Shown here one piece after another: positions 47,046 through 52,428 of a stretch of 52,428 bases of DNA. The notes beneath the pieces were generated by a model. The model ran no database searches, was not told the DNA's origin, and saw only the letters and a list, made by a program, of their open reading frames with translations. A program made the position numbers and the translations under genes. This DNA comes from Perkinsus olseni (Eukaryota), in contig JABANN010000215.1 of NCBI GenBank assembly GCA_013115125.1, positions 1 through 52,428 of the forward strand, written 5' to 3'. The stretch's first letter is position 1. Each line of letters starts with the position of its first letter.

Positions 47046-47819
47046 TCAGCCATATATCGTGCCTTTAGCGACATCAACGGTGTGGAAATAGGAATGGTCC
47101 GCCCCAGAGGCCTGCTCGTAGGAACCTCTCGCACCGTAACCAATATGGTAACGCCAACCACGTTCAATCTTCTCTATGCTCACTTTGAACTTGACGTTAA
47201 AGGGCACGTCACTTTCCTCCGTTTGATTTAGATCCGCGTAGAGGTGCAACCCGTTGCTCACGGCAACTCCCGAGATATTTCGATAGCCAGTAAATGCACG
47301 CTGATCTTCGGGAAACGTACCAATGAAGAAAAATGGCAGAAAGAGTTTGAGATACCCTTCATCACTTGGGCTGAAGTGAGTGTCACCTGGGCTAAGAGCC
47401 CACCACAAATCCACATCGTCATGATCGTAAGCCAAGTGCGCCCAACCACTTGTCTCCACGCTGATGTTCGGCGTTTCGATGAAGTGGACTGTGTCACCAA
47501 ATACATTAAGTTGCAAGCTCATATTACCGATGAGTCTCTCCACGTTGGTTTTAATGTCAATACCAGCGCTCTCTCGCGGACGTCCTGCGGAGTCCTGGCC
47601 TCTCATGAAATACAGGCAGGAGCCCTCGGATAACACGTCAACAACAGCACCTTCCGAGCCGGGACCATCATGGCAACCCGTCGGATAATCAGCGACAACA
47701 GACAAAGACCGATCAGGGAGCGCAATAACGACCTGCACGGCTAGAACCGACAAAAGGACACGTTGGAGAGGCCTCTGTGAGTGAGGGTTCCAAGAGTGGA
47801 GCCTGGATCTTGAAGCCAT
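47046..47819 (-). CDS. Intronless secreted protein, ADYPxGC family member D (257 aa)
   Basis: Leader RPLQRVLLSVLAVQVVIA, ADYPTGCHDGPG, EGSCLY, shared FxPSDEGYL and GWxYHIGYxARG with member C, C-terminus VAKGTIYG. Confidence 0.85.
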   Translation of the reverse strand: MASRSRLHSWNPHSQRPLQRVLLSVLAVQVVIALPDRSLSVVADYPTGCHDGPGSEGAVVDVLSEGSCLYFMRGQDSAGRPRESAGIDIKTNVERLIGNMSLQLNVFGDTVHFIETPNISVETSGWAHLAYDHDDVDLWWALSPGDTHFSPSDEGYLKLFLPFFFIGTFPEDQRAFTGYRNISGVAVSNGLHLYADLNQTEESDVPFNVKFKVSIEKIERGWRYHIGYGARGSYEQASGADHSYFHTVDVAKGTIYG

Positions 47820-49429
47820 AATAAGCTAACCACTTTTCAAAGTAAACGACAGAGAGAAAAGACGATGGATTGCGATTCGCACTTTGCAAATTTGTCTTGC
47901 AAACCCGGAGAACAAGGAGCACCAAAGCCGAAAATAGCTAAGTTTGTCATTTTCTGCTATTTTCGGCTTAGCTTAGCTAAGGCGACGATGGCCAATGCGG
48001 AAGGCGAGCAATGGCTCTGGATGCCCTGCAGTGTAATCTAGTGTCCATAGGAGCAGCGCAGGTACTCTCTAGCGCGAGCTTGATGCCATAGTCTTTCGAG
48101 TTCAGCGAGTGAGTGAGGGAGAGCGCGCGTCGCGCGCCGCGCGAACGCTAAACGTTGCCGACTATGTACTGCATTGAGAAAGTTAACTATCCACTGAATC
48201 TTCAATGAAAGACCAGGATAGCGAGCAGGAGAGATACACTGGACCGAGACGGTAGCCGAGTGCCAATGACGAGGACATAACTTCCGAGAAGCACATTTCG
48301 TAAGTGGCTTTGCGGGGGGAAACCGGTTAAACCCCATACGGAAGCAAGGAAGCTAGTAGTCCTGGTCTACGCACGCGCATAGGGCCGTGTTATCAGCATG
48401 CTAGGTGACGCCGTCACTGGAGCGTCTCCCAGTGGGACAGCATAACATACGCACGAGGAAGTTGACTGTCAGTGGGGAGCTCCACGACGACGCTTCGCAC
48501 CGCTCATCGGTGACATTTTATTCATCGCACGTCATTCTCGTGACGTTTATTCTCCTTCAGCCCTATAAGAGAATGTAGTAGAACGAGAACTGTTATCGTG
48601 CAATTCATACGGTGATACAGCATATCGCCTCACCACATCGAGTAAAGAGACTTTGAACGGCAGTATCAATGCAATCCGTAAGTAATAGGGGCCAGGTACC
48701 GTCTCGAATCAACCGGACGCAAAACAACTCGGGGAGAGCCGATGACGGCTGCTTCCAGTCGATTTACCCAAAGGAGGTAAAGAAACCATCCACATAGGTT
48801 AGATCGAGTTCAGCAGATTACTGACACTAAGTCGTTTGTGATTCCTAGGCGTACAGCCTTAAGAGCTCTTATCCGCCATCATCACACTGTGAATCACAGT
48901 CTGTGATGATCACAACAATTACAGCATGGCACTGCCATGGTGGCAGTATGGGTTGCTAGAGCTTTCCTGGCAGTGGACTCTATTGAAGCGATCTTGGCCG
49001 TACAGCTTATTGTGCGCAAACTTCGAAGATTATCTACTGTGGACATCACCGGCTAGGTTTCGCTAGTTAGCCTACCCGGTGATGTCCGGTACGCCTGAGC
49101 AGCCAGAGGAAATGCGTTTCGTGGCTGCGAAAGATCCGCAGCTGACTCGGCGTGAAATTTCTGCGTCGAGTGCGGCGTGCTAGGTTAGCGTCGCTAGCCT
49201 AGCGAGGACATCAAATATAGCAGTTATAGCGTAGCTATATGCCGAATGCGTAAGATGTTACGCTGTCTCCGAACGCTTGCAGCACATTTATAGGCACTAC
49301 ATCATCTTTCCTCAGCTCGAGGAAGCAGCGTGTCACCGTACGATACCCTTTTGAGACAAAAATGTGCTCTTTTTCCCCTCGCAGATTTTAATATCTTCCC
49401 GGCCACACCTCCCCATTAAGGCACACTTA

Positions 49430-50173
49430 ATGATGAGCTTAGCACAATTCTGGTTGATGGCTGCTCAACTACTAGTGCTCGTGACGTCTCAAGATGTCGG
49501 ACGATTCGCCTACTACTCCAAGGACTTCAACATGTCCTACAGCGTGTTCGAAGAGCAGAGTGTCGCTATCAGCTTCACAGTCGATGGCAAGCCGCCCTTC
49601 GCTGATGGTCTGTATCGCCTGCAGGGCAGCTTCGTAAGCCATCTCTACGTTGTTGACTTCAGAAACACATACGAAGGTGTCACCTGGTGGTACCGTAATA
49701 TCAACCGCCTCTTCCCGGGGAGCAACTTCCGATATGGAGATCTATCCTACCTATTCTACAAGACCGCTGATTCTTTCGCAGTTAACTTTAGAGAGCGAGG
49801 GATCTTGCTCACCAGGGTCGGGTTGGATCTGATCCCAGGCTTGTACGTCTACACCTATCCTGCTGCTCCCTACTTCAAAGTGGTTCACGACATATACTAT
49901 GATGGCCATGTGCTGATGCAGGTTGGGTGTGATGGAGGATCCATCAGCTACGGAGCTTTCAAGTTTAACCGGCAGGATGGGCCCTATTTGCACTACAATG
50001 TAGATCCTGTAGAACAAGGAGACTTAAACAAATTGCTTGACGATTTCAAGAAGTCCTGTCCCTCCTTGGATCTGAAGAAGAATGTCGATCTATCCAGAGT
50101 AACATTCGCCACTGGTGAGACGGTTATCATATCAATTGCAGGGACGCGGCTGCTCCTCAGAAGGGTATTATGA
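49430..50173 (+). CDS. Secreted two-repeat beta-rich protein (247 aa from ATG 49430), paralog of 18730-19761
   Basis: MMSLAQFWLMAAQLLVLVTSQDVGRFAY..., YVVDF, GDLSYL, PGLYVY, DGHVLMQVGCDG, DLSRVTFAT. Intact, intronless. Confidence 0.8.
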   Translation: MMSLAQFWLMAAQLLVLVTSQDVGRFAYYSKDFNMSYSVFEEQSVAISFTVDGKPPFADGLYRLQGSFVSHLYVVDFRNTYEGVTWWYRNINRLFPGSNFRYGDLSYLFYKTADSFAVNFRERGILLTRVGLDLIPGLYVYTYPAAPYFKVVHDIYYDGHVLMQVGCDGGSISYGAFKFNRQDGPYLHYNVDPVEQGDLNKLLDDFKKSCPSLDLKKNVDLSRVTFATGETVIISIAGTRLLLRRVL

Positions 50174-51013
50174 AGTCTCCTCCGACAGACTACTGAACAA
50201 CGGGTAACCCGCTGCGGGTTAATATCCTCATTCAGAGTAAGTTATTCTCGTGATGTCAATCATCATCCTGATTGTAGACGATTTTCTGTCTCATCATCAC
50301 AGACTTTTCTCCCCATTATTGCTCGAATTGGCCAATGAGCCAGGGAAGTTGTGCCATGGTGTTCCGATGACACGTTATCTGTCCAAGACCGATGCTGGAT
50401 GTGATGGAGACTCGCCAATGGTGCTTCACCATTTGTAGTAAATTAAACCGAACCCAAGACACTCGTTATGAGTAAAGGTCGTAGGCTTTACACGAGCTTA
50501 AATAACAATAACATCTGAGTAATGCGCTCTAGCGTCACGCTATATGCAACACAGCAAAAACTTGAAATCGAAGACAATTATTGTGTAATACAGGGACAAT
50601 CTCTACAATTGGTGAAAGCTTTACCATGAAACTGACGCTGTGAGACGTCAACAACTCATCGATATCCGATTAATATTGTAGTAGTCCGCTCGTGGTACAT
50701 TCATTCTGAGAGCTAGGCATAGATAAGAGGAATAACTTGAGTATAGTCATACGACTTTTTCACTCTCATGATTATCACTTTACGATATGTTGTAAGCTTT
50801 ATAAAGAAAAGCTACTCATCTGTCATCATCATACACAGTTGTGTTTATAGCTTAGGGCGGTTACATTTCCCCCCTTCGCGTCGTCGACTATATGAGCGCT
50901 GGGATATCGTCGAAGAGGAGATCCCCTGTCCGCACAATGGTGAATCGTCCACGGTGCACATGGAGAGGCGACTGGTCCAGTCGGAGTGGATCAATTCGAA
51001 CAGAGGTGAGTAT

Positions 51014-51135
51014 TTACACCAGTTCCAGACCTACTTAGTAGAACCACAGAGCAATTTAATAAAGCCCAGACCAAATTAGTAAAACCCGAGAGCAATTTAA
51101 TAAAGCCCAGACCAAATTAGTAAAACCCCAGAGCT
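51014..51135. repeat. Short tandem array of 20-21 bp related units, copy 1
   Basis: ccagacctacttagta followed by alternating agagcaatttaataaagccc / agaccaaattagtaaaaccc units. Confidence 0.85.
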
Positions 51136-52356
51136 GGTCGAGTGCCTGCACCATATTAGTGCACTGCACTATCAGGACCATATACTATTACGCAGGGGAT
51201 CTTGCGCAGTATACTCCTCCGTTTGACCCTTGTCTTGTCCTCTAAGTGGGCAAGACAAGTCTTATCTTCCTTGCTCTGCCGCCTACATTTTTAAGGTTTC
51301 GTGTTAGTGACATTTCAGAGTTACAGCTCTTTGTTCGACAAAGTTGGACGGTAATAACCTATTCTTCGCGCTTCCTGAGCCTCTTGTTTCTTCGACGGCT
51401 ACATTGGACTTAGGGCAGAGGATCAAGAAGTTTGAGGCCTGCTCCTTGGCTAGGAGGTGGCAGGAGTTCGACCAGCTTCGTCATCGTCCCACCCTACTAT
51501 GGGGAGATGCTTGGATTCAGTTTGACGATCCAGTATGATTCAGTTGAACGATTAACGGAAGGAGACAATGGATCATTTAGCTTGGAACCTGTTCCACAAG
51601 CTCAACATGGCAACGCAGCTCCAGTGTGCAGAGAAGTTCTGCCACAGGTACCCACGAGCATCAATATGGAAGTTCCAAATCGGGAGCTCCTATCTTTGAA
51701 AGATACCACAAGAGTTTTGCAGACAGCCTCTTGCAGGTAGAGTCAGATGTCTCGAGCTGTACGCAGTCACTCACCAAACTTGGCTGAGCTAGTTGAGTAC
51801 AATTGCACTGCTTGTAAATTCGCTCTACTAACAGCTCTTCGCGCGGCTTCATCTGCTCAGCACATTGTGGTGTGCCCTTCTGCGGGGGAGCTCCACCACT
51901 GGAGGGATGCCCATCCCTCACTGTGAAACCTTTTCTCCCGTTTGCCGGGCAAACTTTGCCCGCCTAATCCACTTCAAGCCTCGTGCGCGTTCACGCTAGC
52001 GAGCGAAAATCAGGCACTGAATTCGGACATGCTTTTCGCCCCTGCCAAGGTAATCTCGAACCCTTGGCTTCTAGGCAGCTCCCGTTCGTGGCTTCTCTCA
52101 CTGCCATCCCCCAGTGAGATGAGATGATGATTCCAATTTGGGCCTACTAGCCTACTAGGCTTAGCTCCTGCCTAGCTTTACTAGCGCAGCTTAACCCTTT
52201 TCGGGCCGAAAATTCCGGCTTCTTCGTCTCCATTGCGAATCATCGCTTTCTACTAGGACTTTCTGTCCTACTAGCAGACCCTCAGCGTGTTCGCTCTGGT
52301 GCGACGGTCCGTGAGTCTCGAGTCAAGACTCCAGAAGCGAGCAACGCAAAACACTC

Positions 52357-52428
52357 TACACCATTTCCAGACCTACTTAGTAAAACCCCAGAGCAAATTA
52401 GTAAATCCCCAGAGCAATTTAATAAAGC
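52357..52428. repeat. Second copy of the 51014-51135 array, running off the window end
   Basis: tacacca-ttccagacctacttagta...cagagcaaattagtaaa...cagagcaatttaataaagc matches the 51014 copy including the unique lead-in. Confidence 0.85.

Overview
Eukaryotic, roughly 50% GC, intron-rich genomic DNA with many 40-55 nt GT-AG introns. Gene style and the lineage-specific secreted protein families suggest an alveolate protist, most likely Perkinsus; this is inference, not a database result. The only gene I can name is a 17-exon serine hydroxymethyltransferase (minus, 21336-26780, 491 aa) with a mitochondrial-type leader. The other dominant content is a dispersed family of intronless secreted proteins that I do not recognise: five intact ORFs plus two pseudogene fragments. 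They share a recessed signal peptide, an ADYPxGCxxGP motif, a second Cys and a GWxY...GxL(Y/F) C-terminus, and part of the family sits in an inverted segmental duplication. Also present: further secreted-protein genes, several spliced genes not captured by the ORF track (including a RING-H2/coiled-coil gene), a hAT-type MITE with a perfect 8-bp target-site duplication plus other TIR elements, a possible decayed intron-containing Mutator-like transposase, SINE-like repeats, tandem repeats and an assembly gap. I found no CRISPR array, rRNA or intact tRNA.
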